DNA of 43,254 bases from Ilumatobacteraceae bacterium (GTDB lineage Bacteria > Actinomycetota > Acidimicrobiia > Acidimicrobiales > Ilumatobacteraceae), in the NCBI GenBank assembly GCA_025451395.1, contig JANWKM010000033.1, positions 1-43,254 of the forward strand. The letters run 5' to 3'. This document shows positions 17,146 to 25,096 of the stretch, in pieces. A program made the translations under genes and the position numbers. The notes under the pieces were generated by a model that did not search any database, was not told the origin of the DNA, and saw only the letters and a list, made by a program, of their open reading frames with translations. How positions within the stretch are numbered: position 1 is the first letter of the stretch; the number at the start of each line of letters is the position of its first letter.

Positions 17146-17186
17146 TCAAGAGGGTGCCCACTGCGACGTGGGCTGAAACCTCTTGA
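17146..17186 (-). terminator. Nested stem-loop between the 580-aa gene and the GGDEF gene. It may be a terminator or attenuator.
   Basis: TCAAGAGG-gt-GCCCAC-tgcgac-GTGGGC-tgaaa-CCTCTTGA begins 11 nt past the stop at 17197. The T-rich tail (tcttgtcttgtt) is on the + strand, not the - strand, so the strand and function are uncertain. Confidence 0.3.
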
Positions 17187-17196
17187 TCTTGTCTTG

Positions 17197-18939
17197 TTAT
17201 GTGACGGAACCGACTATCCACGCGTTCGATGGGTCGTCCCACAATGACCCTGGTGCCGCATTGCGCACGACTTGGATGATCGCTCCAATCGAAACCCGGA
17301 ACGTTTGGGTGAGTCCAGTGGTGCACCCACCGCCGACATCCAATGGGTCATCGGGGTTGCAGTACGCCGTGTTCACCGGAACCCGAATCACGACGGCTCC
17401 GCCCTCGTTTGTTACTCGCACCACGATCCCATCGGGCGCCCAGCGCGCGCTGAACTCGCATTGCGCGCCTGTTCCATTCAGCAGCGTTGTCGGTGTGCAA
17501 CCGTCTCCGCTCGCCGCGGTCCACGTCACGTCGGCCGTGTGATCGTCATCGGTCAGAACTCCGACGTCGTAGGTAGCGGTTCGCGGGCTCCGGACGGGTG
17601 CGCCGCGCAGGGCCAGTGGATAGCGCTGATCGCCCTGTAGATCGGTCGCGAGCAAACGAACACAGAACGAACCTTCCCAGCCACCGGGAAGTGTCGGATC
17701 AAGATAAACATCGCCGTCGACCACGGTGACGGCTTGATCAGGTGCTGTCACGTTGCGCCTCTCGCTGGTCACCGAGAATCGGCCGCTACGGGTTCGGTCG
17801 ACTCCCTGCTGATTGCCCGCCCAACCGGCACAGTCGGCACCCTCCACGAATGCATGATCGGCGAAGACTCGGATCTGTCCCGGTTGCAGCGGAGCTCCGA
17901 CGGGTACGACCGCATCGCTCAGGAATGAATAGTGCACGTGCACCGTCGGATATAGCACGCCATCGATTCGGCGTTGCTCGCCGCGACCCGTGATCGTCAC
18001 ATGATCGACGAAGAATGGATCGGTCGTCTCGGCAGGCACGTCGAGGCTGATTGTGGCGTTCAACTCTGTCTGACCGTTCGCACTGATCGCCAACACGCTC
18101 GCTCGCAGTTGAGCCGTACCGCCTGCAACGTGTGGACGAACCTGATCGACCGGCAGGCTGACGCATCCGACGATCATTCGCTGTTCACCCGTCTCGGTGA
18201 ACACACGTTGCCACTCGTCGTCGTGCGCGGCGAGCGTCACCATCGTCGTCTTCTCGAATGCTGTTCCGTCGGCCCACGTCCCACTGACGGCGATCGTGGA
18301 TGGTTGGTTCACCAGTACGGCAAGCGTCGGGCGCACTGCAGGCGGCACAAGCGCATCGGGAACGTTGCCCGCCTGCACCTCGTCGCATAACGCCGCGAAC
18401 GCACCTGCGGCGGCGAAGGGTGTCGACACGCGCAGCGGATCCGGTGTCGCTGGTTCGGCATCCGCCGATTCCGGAACGGTTTCCAGCACGGTTTCCAGAA
18501 CGACAGCAGAGTGCGTCGGCGGTGACACTCCGAGGTCCGCATCCATCGCAACTGCATCCCGCGGGACGATCGGGCTCGAGACGACTGCGGGCGCGGGCTG
18601 GAGAGTCGCTGAGTCGACAGCGACGGCCGGTGCCCCTGCGGTCAGCGGAATCTCCAACCGGTTACCCCCGGACACGTCGATTCCCGCCGCGTTGAAATAC
18701 GCGCTTGCACCAATAACCATTGACTCGTCCGTGTCGAGCGGTGTCGGTGCGCCGTGCAACGGGTGAAGTGGAGCTAGCTCGTCGAACGATGTGGGCAACG
18801 TTTGGGCCGTGTCGCTCAGCGGAGTGCCGTCTTCACCATCGGCGGTGAACCAGCCGACTGCACCACCTCCGAGCAGCAACAGCAACGGCGCACCAACAAC
18901 TAGAGGTAGCGGAAGGCGCGAGCGGTTCATCAGCCGCAC
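17197..18939 (-). CDS. Exported protein of unknown function (about 577-580 aa).
   Basis: The N-terminus MNRSRLPLPLVVGAPLLLLLGGGAVGW is a signal peptide or anchor. I recognise no domain. The protein is Cys-containing and probably extracytoplasmic. The ATG at 18930 would share one base with the upstream stop (TGATG). The ORF-track GTG start is 18939. Confidence 0.6.
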   Translation of the reverse strand: MRLMNRSRLPLPLVVGAPLLLLLGGGAVGWFTADGEDGTPLSDTAQTLPTSFDELAPLHPLHGAPTPLDTDESMVIGASAYFNAAGIDVSGGNRLEIPLTAGAPAVAVDSATLQPAPAVVSSPIVPRDAVAMDADLGVSPPTHSAVVLETVLETVPESADAEPATPDPLRVSTPFAAAGAFAALCDEVQAGNVPDALVPPAVRPTLAVLVNQPSTIAVSGTWADGTAFEKTTMVTLAAHDDEWQRVFTETGEQRMIVGCVSLPVDQVRPHVAGGTAQLRASVLAISANGQTELNATISLDVPAETTDPFFVDHVTITGRGEQRRIDGVLYPTVHVHYSFLSDAVVPVGAPLQPGQIRVFADHAFVEGADCAGWAGNQQGVDRTRSGRFSVTSERRNVTAPDQAVTVVDGDVYLDPTLPGGWEGSFCVRLLATDLQGDQRYPLALRGAPVRSPRTATYDVGVLTDDDHTADVTWTAASGDGCTPTTLLNGTGAQCEFSARWAPDGIVVRVTNEGGAVVIRVPVNTAYCNPDDPLDVGGGCTTGLTQTFRVSIGAIIQVVRNAAPGSLWDDPSNAWIVGSVT

Positions 18940-19766
18940 CCGAAGCTGGAGGCTTTGCGTAGTTGCACCACGAGTTGGCCGGCGCCGATGTTTCCCGCTC
19001 CGTCAGATCCGGTGGCAGTGATAGTGACTGGCAGTTCACCACTGCTTGGACCGTTGGAGGTGACCTGCAGTGAGAAGCGATTACCGCCGATCGGCGTCAG
19101 GTTCGCCGATCCCGGGCCCGATGGACCGGTCCACGTCGCCTCGATCGAACGGATGGTGAGCGGCAGCGTCGAATCGGCAACCACAACCGTGACCTCGAGT
19201 ACGTCTTGGCCAACGCATGCTGGTGTTGAATTGACGGGAGGCACGTAGAGGTAGGGGCGGTTGGCCGTGACCGTGACCGTTGGGGGTGTGACGTCACTCG
19301 ACACCGTCGAAGTTGTCGAGATCAAGGTCGTCGTTGTCGTCGTAGTGGAGGTTGTCGTTGTCGAGCTACTGCTCGTCGTCACGGGCGACGTGCTGGTCGT
19401 CGCAACCGCGATGGTCGTCTCGGTCACGTTGGCTGCGTCGCCGCAAGTCAACTGCGGAAGGTCGCCCGCGTTGGCATCGGTCGCTACCAATGCGAGTGGC
19501 AGCCACGCGGGTCGGTCGGGGTCATCGGGATGACGAATGACAGCCCACCGATCGTCAGTGACGCCGATCAACTGCAGCTCGTCGCCGACGTTGACGGCGC
19601 CGATCGCAACACCTCCCGGCACGGGACAGTCGTAGATAGGTATTGCGCCGAGAGCTGTTCCCGACTGCGTCTCGTCGTCATGCAGCTGTCCGGCAGCCGC
19701 CCAACCACCCCCCGCTGCGGCGAGCGAGCCGACGATGAGCGCGACGCGGGCGCCGAGTCCGCTCAC
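18930..19766 (-). CDS. Membrane-anchored protein with an SH3-like segment, a Thr/Ser-rich linker and a C-terminal beta-rich (Ig-like) domain.
   Basis: The gene starts with GTG. A TM segment is present (ARVALIVGSLAAAGGGWAAAG). GDELQLIGVTDDRWAVIRHPDDPDRPAWLP resembles bacterial SH3. The linker is TTSTSPVTTSSSSTTTTSTTTTTTTLISTTSTVSS. The tail is TPPTVTVTANRPY...LEVTVVVAD...VTITATGSDGAGN. Confidence 0.55.
   Translation of the reverse strand: MSGLGARVALIVGSLAAAGGGWAAAGQLHDDETQSGTALGAIPIYDCPVPGGVAIGAVNVGDELQLIGVTDDRWAVIRHPDDPDRPAWLPLALVATDANAGDLPQLTCGDAANVTETTIAVATTSTSPVTTSSSSTTTTSTTTTTTTLISTTSTVSSDVTPPTVTVTANRPYLYVPPVNSTPACVGQDVLEVTVVVADSTLPLTIRSIEATWTGPSGPGSANLTPIGGNRFSLQVTSNGPSSGELPVTITATGSDGAGNIGAGQLVVQLRKASSFGCG
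19293..19424 (-). repeat. Low-complexity Thr/Ser-coding tract (the linker of the 278-aa protein).
   Basis: The + strand reads as runs of gtcgtc/gttgtc/gtggag, which are ACN/AGC/TCN codons on the - strand. Confidence 0.7.
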
Positions 19767-19832
19767 GGTGTGCCCAACAACGTTGTCACATAACTAGTGA
19801 ACCACCGCCCGCCCGCCCAAGTCGGGAATGGT

Positions 19833-21320
19833 CTAGTTAGTGGTGCCCTCTTTGACCTGGAACATCTTCAGATCGCTGTAGAAATCGAGCGCGAAGTCGC
19901 CACCCTCGCGGCCGATTCCACTGATACCGATGCCGCCGAACGGAGCGGTGAGATCGCGTACGAGGAAACAGTTGGTCCAGATTGTTCCGGCCCGAATCGC
20001 GCGACCCATGCGCTCGGCGCGCGCTTGCGACGACGTATACACGATCGCCGACAAGCCGTACGGAGTCGAGTTCGCCAGCCGCACCGCATCGGCCTCGTCG
20101 GTAAAGGTTTGGAATGTCAGCACGGGCCCGAACACCTCGTTCTGCACGACTTCGCTGTCGTTCGATTTCGGCTCGATCAGCGTTGGCTCGTACCACAACC
20201 CGTCATCACCGCCGAGTTCACTACGACGGCCACCGCGCAGGATCGTGTCGCCGTTCTCGCGTGCACGATCGACGAACCCTGCAACGCGCGCCAGGTGAGT
20301 CGGGTGAATCATCGGGCTGATCGTCGTCGCCGGGTCGTGTGAATCGCCCAGTACGTGCTCGTCGGCAAACTTGTCGAACAAACGCAAGAACTCCGCACGC
20401 ACGCTTGCTTCCACCAGTAGGCGGGTTCCGGCCAGGCAAACCTGCCCCGAGTCGTCGTACTGGCCGGCGGCCTTCTGCGCGGCTGCCTCCAGATCGGCAT
20501 CACCGAAGACGACGAATGGTCCCTTGCCCCCGAGTTCCGCAGTGAACGGCACGACATTCGCGGCGGCGGAGGTACCGATGTGGCGCGCCGTCGCCGGTGA
20601 GCCCGTGAAACTGATCCGTCGCACGCGTGGATCAGCAACAAGAGCAGCTCCAACTTCTGCGCCGATTCCTTGCACCACATTGAAGACGCCGGCTGGCATC
20701 CCGGCCGCATGGCACAGATCGGCGAGCAGGCTGCACGACAACGGACTCCACTCGGCTGGTTTCAAGATCACTGTGTTGCCCGCGGCTAATGCTGGGGCAC
20801 ATTTCCAAGTGCTGAGCATGAACGGCGCGTTCCACGGCGTGATGACCACCGTTGGGCCAGCGGGCATGCGCATGACGCGGTTGGCGGTGCCATTCGATTC
20901 CCAAACGCGTTCCTCGTACTGCGTGGCGAGGTCGGCGTAGGCCCGGAAGTTTCGTGCCCCGCGGGCGAGCACGCGAAGTCGCAGGCTCTCGTGCAGCATC
21001 GCCATATCGAGGCACTCGACGGCCGCGAGTGGCTCGATGTGCGCGTCGATCAAGTCGGCGACTCGATGCAAGACCTCGGCGCGTCCTTGCGCCCCCAGCG
21101 CAGCCCAAGCGGGAAAAGCATCAACGGCTGCGCCAACGGCCATTGCTGCCGTCGTGTCGTCGCCACGCGCGACGTCGGCCAACTTCACCGACCAATCGAG
21201 CGGTGAACGATCCTCGAAGGTCGTGGGCGACGACACGCGCTTGCCGCCGATGTAGTGATCGGCGGAGACGGACACGCCACCGACATCGACCCGGGTGCCG
21301 CCGGTGAATGGGCCCGTCAT
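19833..21320 (-). CDS. NAD(P)-dependent aldehyde dehydrogenase, HpaE/HpcC-like (5-carboxymethyl-2-hydroxymuconate semialdehyde dehydrogenase family).
   Basis: The product is 495 aa. ITPWNAPFMLSTWKCAPALAAGNTVILKPAEWSP is present. The catalytic Glu (ELGGKGP) and Cys (GQVCLAGTR) are present. The C-terminal VRDLTAPFGGIGISGIGREGG closely resembles HpaE. Confidence 0.85.
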   Translation of the reverse strand: MTGPFTGGTRVDVGGVSVSADHYIGGKRVSSPTTFEDRSPLDWSVKLADVARGDDTTAAMAVGAAVDAFPAWAALGAQGRAEVLHRVADLIDAHIEPLAAVECLDMAMLHESLRLRVLARGARNFRAYADLATQYEERVWESNGTANRVMRMPAGPTVVITPWNAPFMLSTWKCAPALAAGNTVILKPAEWSPLSCSLLADLCHAAGMPAGVFNVVQGIGAEVGAALVADPRVRRISFTGSPATARHIGTSAAANVVPFTAELGGKGPFVVFGDADLEAAAQKAAGQYDDSGQVCLAGTRLLVEASVRAEFLRLFDKFADEHVLGDSHDPATTISPMIHPTHLARVAGFVDRARENGDTILRGGRRSELGGDDGLWYEPTLIEPKSNDSEVVQNEVFGPVLTFQTFTDEADAVRLANSTPYGLSAIVYTSSQARAERMGRAIRAGTIWTNCFLVRDLTAPFGGIGISGIGREGGDFALDFYSDLKMFQVKEGTTN

Positions 21321-22213
21321 TGTGGCAACTTCGGATGAATGCGCGGGAACGGCAATTCCTCGCGTTCGGTATTGCGCGGTCGCCGCTGACCGCGCAGCGG
21401 CCAGTCGCCACCCATCGCCGTGCTCAGAACTTCTTCGGTCTCCGTCGGCTGCGCGCCGACCTCATCGCTCACCGGCGTCGGCCCCTCGACGATGTGATTA
21501 GTCAGGGCGCCAAGACCTTCGACCTCCACCGTCACCTCATCGCCTGGTTGCACGCTGCGACTGATCGCAGGCGTGCCCGAAAGAATCACGTCGCCGGGGA
21601 CGAGCGTGATCAGGCGCGCGATGTCGGCGACTAAGTAGTGCATGTCCCACGCCATTTCGTCGGTGCTGCCATTCTGCTTCACTTCACCATTCACCAGTGT
21701 GCGAATGCGCTTGCCGCGAAAGTCCCAATCAGTGATCAACCCCGGGCCTAGCGGACACAGTGTGTCGGCACCTTTCACCCGCAACATCGAACCGCTGTCG
21801 GTGTCGCGAAAGTCGTGCAAGCCGAAGTCGTTGGCGACGGTGTAACCGGCGATGTAGTCGCCAGCCTGCGCGTAGGTGACATTGCGACACGTACGACCAA
21901 TCACGATCGCAACCTCACCCTCGTAGTTCAGCCACTTGCAGTTGCGGGGCCGCACAACTGCCGCGCGATGCGCGTTCAGCGCACTGATCGGCTTGTGGAA
22001 GTAGGTCGGCGCCGGCGGCAGCGACACCCCGAATTCGTGGACGCGTGAGATGTGATTCAGGTGACAGCAGATGATCTTGGTCGGCTCGACGGGCGCCAAA
22101 TGCACGGCGTCGGCGATACCAATCGATCGGCCGTCTGCCGAATTCAGCACGTCGCCGTCTGCCGTCATCACGGTCGGGTAACCGTCGAGCAGCACCCTTC
22201 TGATGTCGGCCAT
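21317..22213 (-). CDS. Fumarylacetoacetate hydrolase (FAH) family protein, HpaG-like isomerase/decarboxylase/hydratase.
   Basis: The start is MADIRRVLLDG. The FAH core is YEGEVAIVIGR ... GYTVANDFG ... KGADTLCPLGPG ... PGDVILSGTP. I prefer the ATG at 22213, because the ORF-track extension to 22537 would cross the divergent gene. The stop overlaps the ALDH start at ATGA. A C-terminal tail of about 55 aa is unusual for the family. Confidence 0.85.
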   Translation of the reverse strand: MADIRRVLLDGYPTVMTADGDVLNSADGRSIGIADAVHLAPVEPTKIICCHLNHISRVHEFGVSLPPAPTYFHKPISALNAHRAAVVRPRNCKWLNYEGEVAIVIGRTCRNVTYAQAGDYIAGYTVANDFGLHDFRDTDSGSMLRVKGADTLCPLGPGLITDWDFRGKRIRTLVNGEVKQNGSTDEMAWDMHYLVADIARLITLVPGDVILSGTPAISRSVQPGDEVTVEVEGLGALTNHIVEGPTPVSDEVGAQPTETEEVLSTAMGGDWPLRGQRRPRNTEREELPFPRIHPKLPQ

Positions 22214-22236
22214 GATGAACGAACTCCTTTGGGACC

Positions 22237-22248
22237 AAACTATAGTTT
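22237..22248. promoter_or_regulatory. Perfect 12-bp AT-rich palindrome in a 41-bp divergent intergenic region. This is a candidate operator.
   Basis: AAACTATAGTTT lies between the FAH start (22213, - strand) and the ADC-like start (22255, + strand). Confidence 0.35.
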
Positions 22249-22254
22249 CGTACG

Positions 22255-23070
22255 ATGAACGGCACCGACAAACTGAACGGCTTTCTGTTCCCACGCACCG
22301 CCGCAGGCAGGTCTTCCATCTTGCCGCCGATGCCATGGCACTACAGCGGCGACTTGCTAACGGTCGAGTATCGCACCGATCCATCGCGCATCGCCGAGCT
22401 GCTACCTGAGCCACTTTCTCTCGTGCCCGACGACAGTGACCCCGGTGCGGTCGCGATGATTTTCGCCGATTGGCAGAGCTGCGGTGATGACTTTGCCGAA
22501 CTCGACGACCCGATTCGCGCGCAGTACAAGGAAGCATTCGTTGTCGTTCGCTGCATGTACAACGGCACGATCTACAGCCGCTGCGTGTACATCTGGGTCG
22601 ATACCGACTTCGCGATGGTGCGCGGCCACTTTCAGGGATACCCGAAGAAGTTGGGCAGCATTTGGCAAACGCGCCCCGTCACAATCGGCAAGGCCGGCCC
22701 GCGTGTCGCGCCCGGTGGCCGATTCGCAGGCACCTTGGCATATCAAGACCGGCGCATCATCAACGCATATGTGACGTTGCGCGAGCAGAGCAAGGGCAAC
22801 GGCTTCGTCAACGGGCATCCGATGGTGCACTCCCGATTCATGCCGCGCATCGAAGGCGGTCGCGACAGCTATAGCGAATTGGTGACGATGAGCGGACGTG
22901 ATGTCGAGCTAGGCCAGGCATGGAGTGGTGACGCCGAACTGGAGTTACTGCCGAGCCCGGTGGAGGAAGTCGACCGCTTGGAAGTGCGCGAGATCATCGG
23001 TGGTTATTGGCGCAGCGTCGGCACGACCTTTGCCGGCGGCACAACGCTGGCGGAGAACGTCAATCTGTGA
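22255..23070 (+). CDS. Acetoacetate decarboxylase (ADC) family protein.
   Basis: The product is 271 aa. FPRTAAGRSSILPPMPWHYSGDLLTVEYRTDPSRIAELLPEPL is the characteristic N-terminus of the ADC-like family. Confidence 0.75.
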   Translation: MNGTDKLNGFLFPRTAAGRSSILPPMPWHYSGDLLTVEYRTDPSRIAELLPEPLSLVPDDSDPGAVAMIFADWQSCGDDFAELDDPIRAQYKEAFVVVRCMYNGTIYSRCVYIWVDTDFAMVRGHFQGYPKKLGSIWQTRPVTIGKAGPRVAPGGRFAGTLAYQDRRIINAYVTLREQSKGNGFVNGHPMVHSRFMPRIEGGRDSYSELVTMSGRDVELGQAWSGDAELELLPSPVEEVDRLEVREIIGGYWRSVGTTFAGGTTLAENVNL

Positions 23071-24362
23071 GCGCCGGTCCGGATCTCGACGCGGACATCA
23101 GCGCTGGCGACGCGAGCGTTGACATCGTCGACCCCGACTCGTTCGTCAACGGTTTTCCGCATGCAACGTTTCGCCGCTTGCGCGACACCGACCCGGTGAG
23201 TTGGTGGGACGAGCATGATGGTGGCAAAGGGTTCTGGGCGGTCACCCGTTACGACGATCTGTTACACGTCAGCCGCAATGTCGAACGGTTCTCGAGTGCG
23301 CAGGGCATCACGTTGGAAGAGATGGATCCCGACGACTTCGCGGCGCGGCGCAACATGTTGGAGTACGACCCGCCCGAGCACACTCGGTACCGGCGGTTGG
23401 TCAGCAAACCATTCAGTCGCCGCGAGGTCTATGCGTACGAGAACGGAATTCGGTTGCTGGCACGTGCGGTCGTCGAAGACGCACGGACACTTGGTGATCG
23501 TTTCGATTACGTCGATCGCGTCGCCAAGCAGTTGCCGATGCGCATGCTCGGTCGCTTGCTAGGGGTGCCTGACGACGATGGTGATTGGTTGGTCGAGCGC
23601 GGCGACGCCCTACTTGGCAACTTCGACCCAGACATGACTGATCACCCACTGGGCCTCACCGACACCGACGAGTTCAAGCACATCCCCTTTCGGTCACCAG
23701 CCGCGCTCGACCTCTACCGCTATGCAGAAGCGCAAGCCGAGCAGCGACGGGCGCACCCGACCGAAGACGTGATCTCCAATCTCTTGGCGCCAACCATCGA
23801 CGGTGAGGCTCTGACCGAATTGGAGTTCAAGAACTTCTTCGTGTTGATGGTCAGCGCCGGTAACGACACGTCGCGTTACACGATGACAGCGGGATTGAAA
23901 GCGCTCGCTGAGCACCCTGATCACCTGGCCGAGTTGCGCGACGGGTGCATCGCTGGCAACGGCGCAATTGTCGAAGCCGCGGTAGAGGAGGTGTTGCGCT
24001 GGGCGACCGTCACGATGCACTTCCGGCGAACGGCAACCGCCGACACGGAATTGAGCGGTCAGCAGATCAAGCGCGGCGACAAGGTGGTGATCTGGTTCAC
24101 GTCGGCCGACTACGACGAGCGCCAGTTTCCCGATCCCTTTCGTTTCGACATCCATCGCACACCGAACGATCATGTTGCCTTCGGACGGATGAGCCCGCAC
24201 CTGTGCCTTGGTGCTCAGTTGGCGCGCATGGAGATCAAGGTGTTGCTGGAGGAGTTGCTACCGCGAGTCACCTCCGTAGAACTCGATGGACCGACCGAAC
24301 GCCTGCGCAGCAACTTCATCTGCGGCATCAAACGCCTGCCTATCCGTGTGAGCTGGTCGTGA
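23067..24362 (+). CDS. Cytochrome P450.
   Basis: The I-helix is MVSAGNDTSRY. EVLRW is present (ExxR). The Cys-ligand loop is FGRMSPHLCLGAQLAR. I prefer GTG 23067, which overlaps the ADC-like stop at GTGA, over the ORF-track start at 23007. Confidence 0.9.
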   Translation: MSAGPDLDADISAGDASVDIVDPDSFVNGFPHATFRRLRDTDPVSWWDEHDGGKGFWAVTRYDDLLHVSRNVERFSSAQGITLEEMDPDDFAARRNMLEYDPPEHTRYRRLVSKPFSRREVYAYENGIRLLARAVVEDARTLGDRFDYVDRVAKQLPMRMLGRLLGVPDDDGDWLVERGDALLGNFDPDMTDHPLGLTDTDEFKHIPFRSPAALDLYRYAEAQAEQRRAHPTEDVISNLLAPTIDGEALTELEFKNFFVLMVSAGNDTSRYTMTAGLKALAEHPDHLAELRDGCIAGNGAIVEAAVEEVLRWATVTMHFRRTATADTELSGQQIKRGDKVVIWFTSADYDERQFPDPFRFDIHRTPNDHVAFGRMSPHLCLGAQLARMEIKVLLEELLPRVTSVELDGPTERLRSNFICGIKRLPIRVSWS

Positions 24363-25090
24363 AGCCGCTCATTGGTTTATCGGGGCGTCGCGTGCCGGCA
24401 GAGTCGATACCGCTCTTCGACTACACCGCGCTGCATGGAGAAGAAGTCGACGTTCATCTGAGTGAATATCCCAAGGTGCTGGAGAAGGCCGGTGCGCTGC
24501 CGGTGCAACTGACGCGCAACACCGAGGCCACCGAGGTCGTGCGACGTCTTGATGGATTGGTGATGACCGGTGGCGCCGACCCCGACCCTGAGCTCTACGG
24601 GGAGGAACCACATCCGGAGCTTGGCCCGATCGAGCGTGGTCGCGACGATTGGGAGTTGGCGTTGATTCGGGCCGCACTCGATGCGCGCCTGCCAATGCTG
24701 TGTGTGTGCCGTGGTGCGCAGTTGTTGAACATCGCGCTTGGGGGTTCGCTGGTGCAACACCTCGAAGATGCCGACGCGCACCAACGAGTCGATCATCCAC
24801 GCATCGATCGTTGTCACACGGTCCGTGTCTCGCCGGGCAGCATGGCCGAGGAAATCTACGGTGGCGATGTTCCCACCAACAGCCTTCATCATCAGGCTGT
24901 TGGTCGTCCCGGCGATGGTGTTGTCGTCACCGGCACCGCCGAGGATGGCGTGATCGAGGCGTTCGAACTCAATGGCCGCCCGGAGGTGTTCGCCGTGCAA
25001 TGGCATCCCGAGATGCTCAGCGATGTTGTCGATCCGGCATTCGTCTGGCTCGTCAAAGAAGCCACCCGTCGCGCCCGTGTCGTTTACTAG
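24359..25090 (+). CDS. Class I glutamine amidotransferase-like / peptidase C26 gamma-glutamyl hydrolase (PuuD-like).
   Basis: The nucleophile elbow is LCVCRGAQLLN. VQWHPE carries the His. GLVMTGGADPDP is present. GTG 24359 overlaps the P450 stop at GTGA. The ORF-track 23945 start is read-through inside the P450 gene. Confidence 0.8.
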   Translation: MKPLIGLSGRRVPAESIPLFDYTALHGEEVDVHLSEYPKVLEKAGALPVQLTRNTEATEVVRRLDGLVMTGGADPDPELYGEEPHPELGPIERGRDDWELALIRAALDARLPMLCVCRGAQLLNIALGGSLVQHLEDADAHQRVDHPRIDRCHTVRVSPGSMAEEIYGGDVPTNSLHHQAVGRPGDGVVVTGTAEDGVIEAFELNGRPEVFAVQWHPEMLSDVVDPAFVWLVKEATRRARVVY

Positions 25091-25096
25091 AGAGGC

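Noticed and set aside
11350-19832. The envelope and signalling block considered as a horizontally acquired genomic island or mobile element.
   Set aside because: No integrase, transposase, tRNA or flanking direct repeats are visible. The codon style looks like the rest of the window. I cannot compute GC or k-mer deviation here, so the origin stays open.
21320-21484. The C-terminal tail of about 55 aa on the FAH-family protein (PTPVSDEVGAQPTETEEVL...PRIHPKLPQ), considered as an extra domain or a frameshift artefact.
   Set aside because: The reading frame is continuous up to the ATGA junction with the ALDH gene. I see no alternative frame with better coding character. The tail is low-complexity and cannot be interpreted without homolog comparison.
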